NCBI RefSeq assembly: GCF_009914755.1
Contig: NC_060925.1
Strand: one strand, 5' to 3'
From: the human T2T-CHM13v2.0 reference genome, Homo sapiens
DNA: 64,000 bases
This document shows, in pieces, positions 25,234 through 40,395 of this stretch. Numbering within the stretch: position 1 is the stretch's first letter; the number at the start of each line of letters is the position of its first letter. The notes below the pieces were generated by a model. That model was not told the DNA's origin. It did no database searches and saw nothing but the letters and a program-made list of their open reading frames with translations. The position numbers and the translations under genes were made by a program.

Positions 25234-25234
<1 letters not shown>

Positions 25235-26452
25235 TATTTTCATAGCAATTTTCTCCTGGAGCAAGAGAAGAATCCTTTTTCTACACCTCACATTAATTTA
25301 TAATTATCAAAGGTCACCAGAATTGGAGTTCCAAAGGCAGTTCTAGGTTCAAATTTCTAAAATTACTAACTACTGAAATAATTTTGGAAGCTACCTTATT
25401 TATATTTAAAAAACAAACAAACAAAATGCTAAATTGCATATAAGTGCAAGGAACTGTAACAAAGTTTTGGGCTTGTATTATGACTTTTTATGACATGATT
25501 TTCTTTTACAAAATACAACAAGTCTGTTCCAAAATATACTTCTTTACCAATTTCAACTTTTCTGAAGTCACAGACGTAGATTATTTGCCTATTGCAAATC
25601 TATGTTAGGTCAAACCCTGGGCAGTCCTGCTGTAGTCACTCCATGGTATTAATAGATTTTGGAAAATGAGGAGCTGTCTCTCACTGCACCTTGGGGATTT
25701 GGAGAAACATGTATTCTACAGCATGACCAACACTATGGGCAGAGCTTAATTTTACTAATAAGTGTTATATATCTGTACTATGGCACTTTGAAGAAATAGG
25801 TGCTCCTAGAGAAGGGCAGACTTGATGGTGGGCTTAATCTTTAGGAATAAGGTATGTTAGGGAAAAAAAACTATTTGCTAAGTATCTGTTCTGTACTTTT
25901 CTTTGAACTATGTGGTAAATTAAGCTTACTGTCTTGAATTTCTCGTCTCCTATTTTTGACTCTAGTTTCTCCCATCCTTTAATAATGATTAAAATGGACA
26001 TAAGGAAGATAAAGATTCAGAGCAACAAAAGGTAAGAGTGGCCAGGGCCCTCTGTTGCCACGTAAGTGGAAAAGCAGTGTTCTTCAAAAGAATTATGGAA
26101 TGTGACAAATAGGGAAGAAGTGAGTGGTGGCTCATAATGGAGCTAGAGGCAGTGAAAATGAGTATCTATATGGTAGACTCTCCAGGGATATATATTAAAT
26201 AAATGTTCTTCCATATATACCAGAGAATGGTGGTGTTTATGTTTGGAGGTACAATAAAATAAACCCTATAAAGATTTTGAACTCTCTTTTCATCTCATAT
26301 GCTTCAGATAATACCTTATATCACTTTGTCTTTGATGTATAAGGAGGTACATAGGCCAATATGGGGGTCTCAGTGTGAGTTTCAGTTCATTCCTGGAAGC
26401 AAAGATTTCTCTAAACTCTCCTAGAAGTTTAGACACAAATCAAAGTAGGTTC

Positions 26453-26536
26453 AACAAGGTGTCTGACCTTGTATCTTCCATCAAATTAATTGAACAAGGT
26501 GCTCTTGACCTTGTATCTTCCATCAAATTAGTTGAA
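26453..26536. repeat. Two-copy tandem repeat, ~40-bp unit
   Basis: aacaaggtg(tc/ctct)tgaccttgtatcttccatcaaatta(a/g)ttg, twice. Confidence 0.9.
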
Positions 26537-29449
26537 GTAGATTTGGAACAGGTTTGTATTATTTAAATCATCCTTGGTAGATTATTAGAGTCAAGACTGT
26601 ATTTTAATATGTGAGTTTTGAATCTTAAAAATACAATAAGTTTATTTTGAGAAAAATAAATGATTTATCCTGGGAATATTGGCTACTCATAGAATTAAAT
26701 CATCTGCATTATGTGAATACCTTATATGCTGCTCAGTCAGGTTTATCCATGCTTTTATTGCCACTAAGTCCGTCATTACATGTCACCCAAAAACATGCTG
26801 ACATGTTGCCAATTAAGGCAAGTCTTCCTGTCACTACTGTCATAGATTTTATTGCTTTGGGATGAATACTGTGGAAGTATGAATCAATATTATGGGACTC
26901 ATTAAAAAAAAAAACTAAGAAAATATATTGAATATAGGTTTGGTCAGGCAACGCTACCTTCTCAGAGTTCCAGAGATTTTGGAGAAAAAAAATTAAATGA
27001 GGAATTTGGCAATGTTTCCAAGGGGGGAATATCTCAGAGAGTTGTTTATAAAAATACTTTCAAAATTTATTATTGAAAAATCATTGTATTAATATCAATT
27101 TTAAGTTATACCCATAAATATTATAATAATTTGAGGAAAGCCCATCAAATAAACAAATGTTGAGAAAGACAAATCTTCACAATTATTCAAATATTTATTC
27201 ACATCTAAGTGTACATTAAATCTTTAGAAACTAGTATGCTATCTGATACAAAATGGCTTTAAATAAAAATGTGCTGAATGAATTAATGAGTGAGTAATTA
27301 AAAGAAAATGTATTTCCTCATTAGATATTAATACACAACCTCTGAGAAACAACCTACATGTAAATCAATATAAATACATAGTGCAAAAATATTTATAACT
27401 GAAAATGAAGAACCAATTTTTCACATTGGTGAAAAGAATTTTTGAGTGAGACAGACCTAGGTTTTTTGAATTGAATGTCTGCAACTTGGTTGTGTGGCTG
27501 TGGATAATTTATTGAACTTCTCTATGCTTTAATGTCCCTAGCTAATAATAGTAGATTATATTTATCTCATAGAGAAGTTGTAGAAATGGAGTAAGAGAGC
27601 ACAATGCCTACCCTCATGAACATGCAACAAATTATCGTTCTTATTCCAATAAAACCTTTTTATCTTGACTACAAATAATAAGTAAATAAGTAATTTTATA
27701 AATTGAGACAGAAACCTGTGTAATTACTTCAAAAGATCCCCTTCCTTAAATATCTCTAAGTTTTCGATTTTATAAAGTAGATTTATATGTATTGAATTAC
27801 AAATGTAAATAAATAAAAATTGACTACATAGCATTGAAAATTTAATTTAGCAATTATATTATTATGCAGCACTTTGAAATGTAATTTTAAAAGTAACAAA
27901 TTGTGACTATACATAATCACATTGTCATGTAAACACAAAGAATAATCAATTAAAATATTCAAAGAAAATATAAATTAAATATATTATTTAATATCTTGAA
28001 TATCATTTGATTCAATAAAGAAAATTATTTTAGTAAGTTGTATAAATAATGATTGCATTTATTAGAAAGATCGATGTAGAGTGGAGTGATAGAAAGGTCA
28101 CTGGAATTATAATTCAGAAACTCAAGTTGCACTCCTGGCTCTGATACTGACTGGCAGTATGGTCCTGGGAAAGTAATTTCACTTTGCATGCCTCTGGATG
28201 TTGGATTGAATGATCTCTAAGGTACTTGTTAGGGCCTGACTTCAGTGGAGCCTACTTTACAGCTAAGAAATAAATCCCCAAGCCATAGAAGTTGAGTGAT
28301 AAGACTAACAGTTATGTGAAGGTGGAAATATATTATTTTAGCATTTTGGCATCTCAATGTTCTCATAGATAATATGCTCCTCTGTGAGAAGATATCTTGA
28401 AAAGCCACGAGGGGATAGAGAGTGAGACTTGGAAACAACGTATGGAGAGTAAACATATTTTTTCTAGGTCTGTGCTAGAAAGGAGTGAATATTTTTCTAG
28501 GAAAGGAAATAAAATTAGGAACTAAAGAGAGACGTGAGTTACAAAGAAATGCCAGTGAAACATTGTGAGGTGATCATGAGGACATGATCCCATTCCTTCC
28601 TTACAAACTATTAACAGAAATTATGCTTTCCAAATAAAGTAAAGTTGGGAATTTTACCAACATCTAGCTCTCAAAGAGCAAACAAGCCCTACATGGCATC
28701 TGGACATGATCATATGTACTAAGGCTTTTTACTCCACTCCATCTTAAATTAAGTCACTCCTCCAAACTGAGCCAGCAGTAACAAAGTGTTGGACACATAA
28801 ATATTGTAGGAGGCTTGAATTAATTCTTTAAAAATACTTGAAAGTCATATGACTATTGTTGAGGCTATTTTGTAGGTGGTCTATGCAGGCTTATAGGTAA
28901 AGAAAACTCTTGAAAGTTGATGTTTAACCTAGCTCCAATAAACGCATGATTTCTTAAAGGTTTAGAGTATTGCTCAAAGGTGGTACTTAACATATTGTTT
29001 GAATGGGTTAACGTCTCCATCTTGCTTCATCCATGTTGTGCTGCTCTAATATAGTTGAGCATTAGAGCCCCAGGGAAGGCTACCTGCAGCTAGTAACTAG
29101 AGATATTTCCAAAAATGCCACCAAAATGGTATAGGAGTGGATGTCTTGGGAGTCAGAAAATTGAAGAATAAATATAGAAAGTTTACAGGGTATTGCAAAT
29201 TAGGCATGTTCCCAGAGGAAACAGTGTTTCAGTTTCTGTTACTAATTGCATGACAACATTTGATTGGGTAGTGTCAAGATTCACTTTCAAATGTTTGGCC
29301 ATCACAAGCAGGAGTGAGACTACTCTATTTTCTAGTTACATCTTTTACATCTGTGACTTAATAAGAGTGATAAGTAAGAAATGTTAACTTAAGAAAAGAA
29401 AATAAGCATTGTGTTTTTAGTGAGGAAGATGATTTTGATTAGGTTGGGA

Positions 29450-30090
29450 AACTTAAGATGTTGCTAGTGAAAAATAGGAAGAATCTCAACAGTGCTGTGA
29501 GGGTAGGAAACAAGGGAATCAGCTTAAATGTATTCAGGAAGTATAACAGAGTGTGTTCTGATGAATGTTGAGGAAGAAGGATTTAAGTAGAGATAAGAAT
29601 TAGAGGTGAATAGAAATTTGAATAAATAATAGAGTATTGAAAGTAAATGAAATGAAAAAAATATAATAATTAAGGTTTGAACACATGAGTTTCTAGGTAG
29701 TGATTTTCAGTGGGCAGCTGGATATTTAGATTTAGACTTTATAAGAAAAATACCTGCTGTATATACGAATCTGGAGATTTTAAATATATACATGGTAGTT
29801 AAGGCCATAAAGGAACGTTACTTATAGAAGAAAGAGGGAGAGAAGGAATAGGGAAAAAGAATTAAAACATGTAAACAAAAACAGTGAAAGGAAGAAAAAA
29901 GGAGGCAGTAGAGGGGATAAGAAATGACTGCAAAGGTTAGAACAAAGAATTTATCAATTAACAAAAACAAAGGAGGTAAAACAAGGGAAAGGGCTCACAG
30001 AAGACACTGGGGGCAGAAAGGTTGAATGAAATAATTGGTTACCTTGGCAATTTCAATAGAATAGTGGAACTGGAAATCTCCTATTTCAGA
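29450..30090 (-). mobile_element. L2 fragment
   Basis: gtgggcagctggatattt...aatctggagattt...atatacatggtagttaaggccat, purine-rich antisense L2 pattern. Confidence 0.6.
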
Positions 30091-31796
30091 ATCAGATGGG
30101 GAAGATAAAAATGTCAAATAACCATGTTTATAAATCAAAATCTTAAATTCAATCAGAACATAAGAGTAATTTAAAATTAATACAGAAAATATGGGCATTA
30201 TAGAGCTTAAATTACTTTGTAAAATAAATATGTTTACAAGAAGATTAGTGGATGCTTGGAAACAATGGAGTTTTTCTATGATTTTTAGTTTAATTGTATA
30301 AATTTTTGATAGTTTGTGCCTTCACAGTACTGTAGCATTTTAGATTTTTAAGCTTTCTAGAATTGCTGGCTGAATTGAAATAGATAGCTTAGGTTCTCTG
30401 ATTTCCATTTAAATGCTCAAGAAACTGTCACAAGGAAGTAGTTTTGCATGGTTTATAACAACTTTAAGAGATTTGCAGCTGTGCTATGAATACATCCAAT
30501 TATACTAAATATGACTTTCAAAATTACTTTTTGCTATTACCTTGGACAAGTTAGTAGAAGGAGGTGGTTTTCCTAGATATAGGATGCTAATGTAGATTTT
30601 AACATTTGATATATTCAAATAAGCCTCTGCAGAAAAAAGGGAATATTATAGCAATTATTGATTACAGATGAAACCTAATTAAAAAGAAAGTTGAGTTTTC
30701 AGGTCTAAATTTTTTATTTCGGAGTCAAATATTTTTATTAAGTGGCAGAGAAGTCTCTTAGAGTTCTCAGTATTTTAGATGATATTGTATTAAATTTTAT
30801 TAAGCAATTGTAATGGGAAGGCAGAACCCAGAATCAGAATGTTTAGTGTGGGAAGATACTGTGGCTATCATCTTCTTATCTCCAAGTCCCTGTTATTCAA
30901 GGGAAGAAATTATAGCTTGAAAAGTGAAAGGGAAACAGAGTCTGGGAAGGCAAGTCTAACTGGAGTGCCGCCATAGAGGATTTAGAATGAATAGTTCTTG
31001 GCTCTCAACACTGGATAACTGAGGGATGCTGGAGATGAGCCATAAGGGTAGATGGGAAATAAGATGGAAGAAAAGACAAAACTCAAATACTATGAAAAAA
31101 ATTGCAAGGCTGTAACAGAATAAACTCCATTAGCAACAGGGTAACATGTTAGGGACCACTATAACTGCCAGTTCCTGTTCTAGAATCATTGTATTTTATA
31201 AGATTTTAAATATCTCAGGTTGTAAAATTCAGAAAAGATATGTATTATACTTTATTAGAAATAGGTGTTAGAGCTTATGAAATTCACTCCCTCATACAGC
31301 ATTGCACATATATCACTATTCCTTATCATCAAATTAAAAAAAAGGTAATGATTATCCAAGAATAAATTAGTATATTTATAAAGATATTTACAAGTTATCA
31401 CTTAAAATTGATCTATTTATCACTAAAGGCTAATAGAATTGGAAGCTAACTAAAATTTCAAAGAATTAGAGAAAATTAATTAAATAAATTGAAATCTACC
31501 TTTACAGTGGCCCATTGCATAGTTATTAAAAAGCATAGATTCAAGGAATGTAAAATGAGTTTGGAAAAATATAATTTTATAATCAACAGGAATAATGATT
31601 CTATCTATTATCTATCTAACTACTATCTATCTATGATCTGTTTATGTATCTATGTAGATACAGAAAAAGAAAAAAGTAAACCATAACCTGCTATGATCCC
31701 ACTTGGTAATATAGATGTTTTATTTCATGGCATTTTCTTACTTTTAAACTTCTTTCTAACAGTGGCTGTTTATTGTTTTTGTCATGCTTTGCACTT

Positions 31797-32110
31797 GTGT
31801 CAGTCAGCCTCCAATTAGGAGACAATAAGCACACAAGTAATTTCAACAGGGTGAATTTAATATGAATAGTTAATCAGGTAAAAGCTGATTAATTGAAAGG
31901 AATTATCATGTACTCTAAATGTAAGGGTTAGCAACAGCAGAAGGCAGCTTCCAGTCCTAGGGCTGAGGGAAATTTGAACCTTGAAGTAACTCAGAACTTA
32001 GGGGAGGCTCACCCCATACCCCCAAGGCTGAGATCCATTCCTCTGAGGAGATGGCACAGTTGCTGCCAATACAGCTTCCCTATGCCCTTCCCACCACTGC
32101 AGCAAAGAGA
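31797..32110 (-). mobile_element. Ancient ERVL-class LTR fragment (LTR33-like)
   Basis: tgtgtcagtcagcctccaattaggagac...cacaagtaatttcaacaggg...aatttaatat terminus pattern. Confidence 0.45.
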
Positions 32111-32904
32111 TTTGCTGGAGGCTGTTTAGAATAAACATGAAAGGTGACCATCAATTTGGCCAAGAAGAAAATTTTTGGAGGCCACTAAGAACCACAAAAG
32201 CATCCCCTTAGCAGGGGGAACATTTAAGGGTCTCACTGTACTTTCAGCCATTCACTGCTTGGGGGAAAAATGAAACTCATTTCTTCCTTTTCTAGTCTTG
32301 TTCAAAATGATTTAGTAGGCCCTTAATAAATGTGGAAAGTGTGAAAATGGAAGACTTAGACATTTCCTTTTAATTCTTGTCTTATAGTGTCTTTTAAATA
32401 ATTTCTTCATTAAATGCATACCACCAATTTTTATACAATTCCAATGTTATCTTGAGTCAATGTTAGGTATAGACATAAAATTGCTATTTTTATTCATTGA
32501 TGTGACTATTCTCAGCCTAATGATTAACTAGTAGGTGCCTGCTGGCTTTATTAAAACTTGATTAATGGGTTTCAAAAATGCAAATCTGTCATATCATTCA
32601 CTGCTTGAAAGTTTCCAAAGATGTCTTGTTGTTCTTAGGATAGAGATGTAAATCTATAACATAATCATTCAGGCTCTTAACAGATTACCTCATAATTCTT
32701 ATTTCTTGCCACTTTGTCAATTTTTGTGTTTCAGTTCCATTAGATTTCTCTTATTTACTTAAAATTATTATACATTTTTTTTCAGTTCATAGCCTTTGTC
32801 CTTCATTCTCCCTCTGCAGAGCATGTTTCACACACCCACACTATCCTCCCTTCCCTTGTCTCTTTACTAGTTAGTTGTACAATTAGATGTTTAGTTTTGG
32901 CTTT

Positions 32905-33306
32905 TGTATTAGGCCATTCTAGTATTGCTGTAAAGAAATATCTGAGGCTGGGCAATTTATAAAGACAAGAGTTTTAATTGGCACATGATTCTGCAGGCTG
33001 TACAGGAACCTTTGCTTCTGGGGAGGCCTCAGGAAACAACAATCGTTACAGAAGACCAAAGGGGAGCAGGTGTGTCACTTGGTGAAAGCAGGAGCAAGAG
33101 GGAGAGGTGACATGCCACACACTTTTGAACAACCAGATCTCACGAGAACTCACTCACTCTCATGAGAACAGCACCAAGAGGATGGTGCTAAACCACTCAT
33201 GAGAAAACACCCCCATGATTCAATCACTTACCACCAGGCCCCACCTCCAACACTGTGATTACAATTCACATGAGATTTGGGCGGGGACACATATCCAAAC
33301 TATATA
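32905..33306 (-). mobile_element. MaLR LTR (MSTA-like), solo
   Basis: tgtattaggccattct...gaggcctcaggaaac...aacaaccagatctcacgagaactcactcac...gacacatatccaaactatata. Confidence 0.9.
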
Positions 33307-33785
33307 AGCTTCCCAGTAAATTGGTTGCACCATTCACACCTAGATACCTTGTCTTAAGTCTTAGCACTTCCTAATTATTTGTCAAGTTCAAAGAATAAAT
33401 GGGAAGGTAGGAAGAGCGAGCCGAAGTATAATCTGCAGTGGGCAAAAAAGAGGAAGTAAAACTGTAACAAAACTTTTTCTGCTATTCTCTCAACCATTAA
33501 CACTAAAGTTAACATATTTTAAATTTGTGAAGTGAAAAAAAAGTAATAATTGTGCCACTCAAAATATACTGCCACAAAATGAGAAAATATACTGTCATAA
33601 AATAATTGATGCTGGGTGGTATTTGTTGTTACACTATCAATATAATTAATATAGCAATAGTCAATATTTAGGTTCAAAATTATTGGCTCAATCCTGAAAT
33701 TAATTTAAAATTTGTTAAGTTTTTACTGAAACTAACCTAGTGAAAGATGCACAGAGTTTTTCCCATATTAAAAATACTGATTCTT

Positions 33786-34234
<449 letters not shown>

Positions 34235-34880
34235 TTATAAATATATAGTTAGTATATATATATGTAATATTTATTTAAATATAAATAAACACAACATCAC
34301 ACACTTTCACACAGAATCCTTTTAAGCTTACTTATTAATCATTTAATAAGTAAGATGTTAATCATTTAACATCTTTACTATGTTACTTAGATAAGTGGCT
34401 TTTACTTTCTGGTAGAAGATGTTTATAAATAACAACTTTTAATTATAAAAAGATTTTAGTATGCTACCATGAGTCTAAAATATAATTTCACTAACATATC
34501 CTAGAGGTCAAGCCGGTAGTGAATATTTGTCTTTTTAAGCTACCTGATGGTTAAAGTAATGTTAGCATTCAGAAAGAACTAGGAACAGAAGATACATTAT
34601 CTTTTGATTCTATTTTCATAACAGTATTGCTTAAGGTGACAGAGTAGATGGTCAGCAATGTATAGCCAGAGCATAGAATTAACCAGAATGATTTCAATAT
34701 GTGTATAACTGAGACATAAGTATGTGAGCCTCCATCTCTACGTTCAGCTCTGTCAATTTTGATATATAATATTCCATGTTGCATAATAACATTATTTGTA
34801 GAAAAATAATCAATTTAGTAATTAAAATTTATTTATGCTAGAAACACTATTACATGTTATTTTTAAATTATTAGAATTTT

Positions 34881-35162
34881 ATTTTTCCATTACAAATGTG
34901 TTCACAATTACTCATTTTAATTTTATTTAACTTATATTGCACTGAATATATTTATATGACTCAATCACATAAAAACATAAAAGAATATTGTGTATCTCAT
35001 ATATATATGATATATATGATTTTTTCCATTACAAATGTGTCCAGAATTACTAATTTTAATTTTATTTAACTTATATTGCACTGAATACATTTATATGATT
35101 CAATCATATAAAAGCATAAAAGAATATTGTGTATATCATATATATATTATATATATATGATA
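34881..35162. repeat. Two-copy tandem duplication, ~140-bp unit
   Basis: tttttccattacaaatgtgt...aacttatattgcactgaata...aagaatattgtgtat starts at about 34882 and again at about 35021. Confidence 0.92.
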
Positions 35163-35208
35163 TCATATAATATATATTTTAGTATTATTTTATTATAAGG
35201 ATAAAGTA

Positions 35209-36139
35209 TTCTATTTTCTCACAACCTATGGAATAAGGAATTTTTTCTCCAATCTCTCTCATTTCCACTTAATCTAGCCTAGGGGTAAAGCATACTTCTC
35301 TTTAATTTTCTGTTTTAAAATAAAAGTGGATTTAGGGAAGATGTTCATATTTAGCAGTCTTTAAGGGATATCATAATAAATAATATAATATTATTTGACG
35401 CTTGTAAGTAGTCATGCCCACAAAAAGATGCAAAACTAAAGCATATTGTTGTATTATTTCTTTCCAGTTTTGTCTGACTTTCTGTTGCTACATTTGGTAT
35501 GATTTTCACCCTGGCAATATATTTAGAAGTTACATGACACATCTGATTGCGCATGGCTATGTCTTAAAATATTATAGAAACCTAAAAACTGTTAATTTTG
35601 AACTGCTAAGTAAATATTTCTCTACTTTCTGAAAACATTAAATAAGCAGTAGTTTTATTTTGACCTTAAATTTCTGAATTTTATACATTATTCTTTTACA
35701 TTTAAATTTTTATATTGACAGAAATAGGGCTGGATATTGAATAAATATAGTATGTTGCCTGGTATAAGTGAAAATCAATAAAAACAAACAAACAGAAAAC
35801 AAATCATGAGGAAATCCAAATTAAATTTATTATAACCAGCCCTAATTCTTTACCCTTCAGGTCCATTTTTACTGTCATCTTACCTGTAGACTTTTTTTTT
35901 TCTACTTCTAGCTTATAACTGTCTTTTATCATCAAGAGAGAAAGTGGCTCATCAATGTACACATTTCCAAGGGAAAATGTTCTGTTTTCTCACAACCTAT
36001 GTATTGAGCAATTTCTTCTTCAATCTTTCTCATTTCCACTTAATCTAGCCTAGGGGTAAAACATACTCCTCTTTAATTTTCTGTTTTAAAATACGAGTGG
36101 ATTTAGGGAAGTTGTTTATATTTAGCTGTCTTTAGGGGA
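35209..36139. repeat. Spaced direct repeat of ~160 bp (35209-35368 and 35980-36139)
   Basis: ttctcacaacctatg...catttccacttaatctagcctaggggtaaa...gtggatttagggaag...tttag in both copies, offset 771 bp. Confidence 0.92.
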
Positions 36140-38879
36140 AAAAATGTCCTCCTAGATTATTTTAAATTTGTGACTAAGAATGAATTATAAGACAACTCAA
36201 CATCTGAAAAATATGCATGTGCTATATATAAATCAATTATTTAGAGCAGGAGTCTTAATTGTCTTCTGGGCTAATAATAGCTGAATTTTCTATAACAATG
36301 TAATAAAAGAGCTCCAAGAATTTTAAAATATATTGGAATCAAAAGCATTGATTAAGGGATTTAAAAATAATTAAATGAATATTTATTGTTGCTGTGTCTA
36401 TACAAGGTCACAGAGAAGAAGAAGATGCTTAGTTTTCAAGAAAGAAATAGATTTTTGCTCAATTTTCTTTCTCTTTTACTCTTATTAAATGCTTTATAAC
36501 AATGGTTTGGTAACCAAATTAGGTATTTCAGCAGAAGATTAAATTACAACACTGTTGACTGGGGAAGCAGGAAAAAAAAGAATTAGTTATAGTTCTTTTT
36601 ACTTTTTTAGTCTTTTATAGTTCTTGTATGGTTTTCATTGGTATCCCTCCTTTTTCCCCTCTTTAGTGCTACAAAATTAGGGCTCTGTAGTGCAGCTGAT
36701 AGTTTAGTCATCCCACCTAGGAGAGTTTAAGAGCTGGATATTAGGGCAGGGGATTAGGTAATTTTTCTTGTCATTATCCAGAGTTCTGTTAAAGTAATTT
36801 GCACATCAGGAAAATAGATATACTTGTTATTGCTTTTATTGTCTAGTAGGTATTTAATATTAATTATTTGGGTTAAATAATATGCAGTATGTCTTATAGT
36901 TTTTAGATCATAATAGATTATATTATATAATAAGTTAATTATTTAATAAATTAAAAATTTCCCTCTAAAGATAGCAGTTACATCCTGGGGAAAAAATCAA
37001 AACACTGGAAAATATTAAAATGTTTTAAAAGTGGTCATTAGTATAGGCCCTCAGTACAGAAAGAATCCCACTGTGTCTGTCCTTTTTTATGTTTTTTTTC
37101 ATAGCAATTTAAGTTTTCCAGGAAAATTTTGCAACTTTTATCTCTGGAAAAATAGAGTAGGAATATAGATTAAAACAAAAACATTAAATGATATAAGGGG
37201 AATGTTCTTCCTAACCAGCCTTTGCTAAAATGTCCGTGCCATTCTGACAAGAATAGTGAGAGAATAGAAATGTTTCTTTTCTCCAGGATGCCTTTTTAGT
37301 TGGAGGTATCCTGAAAACTAGCAACTCTCTGCTACTTAGCTATTTAATTTATTTCCAAATGTTTGTTTCTTGATCCTTGTCTTGTCGTTATTTATATTTC
37401 ATTATAATTTTCTCAGGAGCAGTGGGTTAAATCAATGACTATTTCTTTTACAAATTTCTTTAAAGCCTAGGAAGATGTTTTAAATACAGTGGTTACTTAA
37501 AAATGTTGATGATTGTTAGTCTAATGTTTAAGAAGCGAAATAAAATTAACATTTTTCCTTCAATATGTGATTTTAAGATGTCCTAAAAATCAAAGTACAT
37601 GATTTTTTTCATCCTATCTTTGTATGTTATAGGTCAACAGAATTGGTTAAGAATAAGGAAATGTGAAGCAGAATTATTTTGAAATGTCTTTGTCACAAGG
37701 TGGCACTGCTGTTTCAAATATCAGACTATGCCTAACATTTCTATTTTTGGGCAGTATTTTAAAATGTTTAAAATATTTTGTGAATCTGTCATGCTACTTT
37801 AAGGAGCTTAGATTTCAGAAGAACATTTAAAAAGAAGCATCCACAATTAGTATTGCCTATTGGCTACAATTTTTGCAGGTTTTTCTTCCTTTCCCATCAA
37901 AGTCTGTGAAATTCCCTCTCTCAGGCATCCAGTTTTGATTGAATTTAGATATCCTAATCCAATCTAAAGCCCTTAGGGAAAAAACAATCACACAGACCTA
38001 CTTCTATTTTTGATTTTCATTTCTCTAGTGACTGGTTCAGAAAAAAATTGATTCCATATTACTAAATGCCATTAGTAGGATGTGGCAATCAACATTTTTC
38101 CATTAGTTATCAGGTTATTAATTATTACTTTAAGAAAGAGAAATAAATGGGGGATTCTGAACCAGCATTTTGTAAAGAAGGCAGTGCCACAGAACTTATT
38201 ACCAAAATACATTTCATATCCACAAAGTTGAAATAAAAACAGTAAAATAACATCCCATGCTCATATGGTCTGTGATTATTAACATTTATTTAGGCTTATT
38301 TTCATTGTACATATGGTCATGGTTCTTAATTATAATTACAGTGTATCATTTTTTACATGTAGTTTTACTCTGAGAATAAAGTATCTGAGCTACAGAAGCT
38401 GGAGGTAAGAGGTGATGCTCATTAGGCGGGTTAGAAAGATTAATAAGAATAAAGTTTGCTGAAGGCAAACAGTCACCTTCACAAGTATAAAGAGAAAAGA
38501 AAAATACTAACACAACCTTCCTTACTGAAGTTGCCAAGAGGTACAGAATTTGTGTAAAACACAGCTTTAGAAAGAATAGCACAACGGTTTTTAAACTTAG
38601 CAAACCTTATTCTTAAGGCATATTCTTAACCTGCTTGCTGTATAAATAGCTTGTGTGTTTGTCTTTAGGCTTAACTCATGATTTGGTTATGCTAGCACAC
38701 ATGAGTAGGATACCAAAGTTTTGTAGATACACATTCGACAGCTAATCTGTGATGAGCCAGTCCTCTGAATATCTTTTTTATTAATTACTTGGAAATAAGA
38801 AGAAGGAAAAGGAAGAAAAGAAAGAGGATTGTAGAATCCTAAAGAAAAAAAATAATAACAAAACAAACACAAACCCTCA

Positions 38880-39115
38880 AGTCAGAGATTCCTATACTGA
38901 TGTCATCTAATCAGAGAACCTTTCCTCGGCTGCCCCTCACTCTTCACCCTATGTCCTAACATGGGACATACCTACTTCCATGTTGCCTTTCTCCCTCTCT
39001 AGACTATAAACTCATGGGGACAGAGTAATCATTTTGTTCAAAGCTGCATCCTCAGTGTCTCAACCATTCAGAAGATAATAGGTGTCCCAAATATTTGTTC
39101 AATAAATGAATGAAT
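38880..39115 (+). mobile_element. L2 3' end
   Basis: ctagactataaactcatggggacag...aaatatttgttcaataaatgaatgaa. Confidence 0.75.
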
Positions 39116-40096
39116 TTTTATACATCATGGATTTAGAGATGTGTTTACTTTTTTCCCCATCATAATAAGCAGCTTTTAATAGATAACAAATTTTGGGTGT
39201 CATTCAATGCCTGAAATCTGGTTTCACTTAACTGACTAAAACTTTTGGGTGCCTCATGTTGCTTTTCTCTATCCAATCTGCAACATAAAACATATAAGAG
39301 TTATGTTACAGTTTGAGTAATAAGAATATTTGAGCTGTAGCCACCAACAGGACTCACCAACTGGCGTTAACTTAATAAACTCAGAATATTTTAAGTCTGA
39401 CTTTAGCGTTAGACATACAGAAACTCAGTCTTCTTATTGACCTGAAATAGTATTATTTTCAGAATCTGGTTGTGAAGCTAAGATAACCAACTCAAACTGA
39501 AACTGGAGCATGCTTGCCCTCTGGGGTTAGCTGGCTTAGTGGCATAGCCAAAGTATTAGCTGAGATGGATGCAGACAGGTATAGATAAGAGTTAGGTGAG
39601 AGCTTCAACTCTGGCCTTCAAACATGGTTTCCAAACTTTTTCTCTACCTGCTTCTATGAAGTTTGGGGATATAGGGTAAAATAACTTACCTTGAACCCTA
39701 AGCTATAACTTAAATATATTCAATATGTTTACACACTTTATAATTTACTTCATAATATACTCATTAAAAAAATAAAAATTGTCTGATCCTATCAAAATGT
39801 GATTCTCTAGGTTGCTGCTCTCTTCTGTGGCTTCATATATTTCAGACACACTGCCTGTAACAGAGTTGCCAGCTTGATAAATGTAGCATAATCCATCATT
39901 CATTCATTTATGTATTTAATCACTTATACAAAATTTGAGTACTTAGTATGTGGCCAGTAAGGTGCCATGTACTTGGGAAACAAAGATAAGCAAGACAAGT
40001 TTGGGAGTAAAATTAATAAACAAAGATAAGTACAGTGTGGCTAATGGTAGAGGTGAGCGTGAGTTAGGGGGGAATTTTATTAGAAAAACCTTCTTG

Positions 40097-40395
40097 GGGC
40101 AGGGCGCGGTGGCTCGCGCCTGTAATGCCAGCATTTTGGGAGGCCGAGGCGGGTGGATCACAACGTTAGGAGATCGAATCCATCCTGGCTAACACGGTGA
40201 AACCCCGTTTCTACTAAAAATACAAAAAAGTAGCTGGGCGTGGTGGCGGGCGCCTGTAGTCCAGCTACTCGGGAGGCTGAGGCAAGAGAATGGCGTGAAC
40301 CCGGGAGGCGGAGCTTGCAGTGAGCCGAGTTCACGCCACTGCACTCCAGCCTGGGCAACAGAGTGAGACTATGTCTCAAAAAAACAGAAAAGAAA
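40097..40395 (+). mobile_element. AluY
   Basis: AluY diagnostics (catcctggctaacacggtg, gaatggcgtgaacccgggaggcggagcttgc); agaaaaacctt TSD on both sides. Confidence 0.95.
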
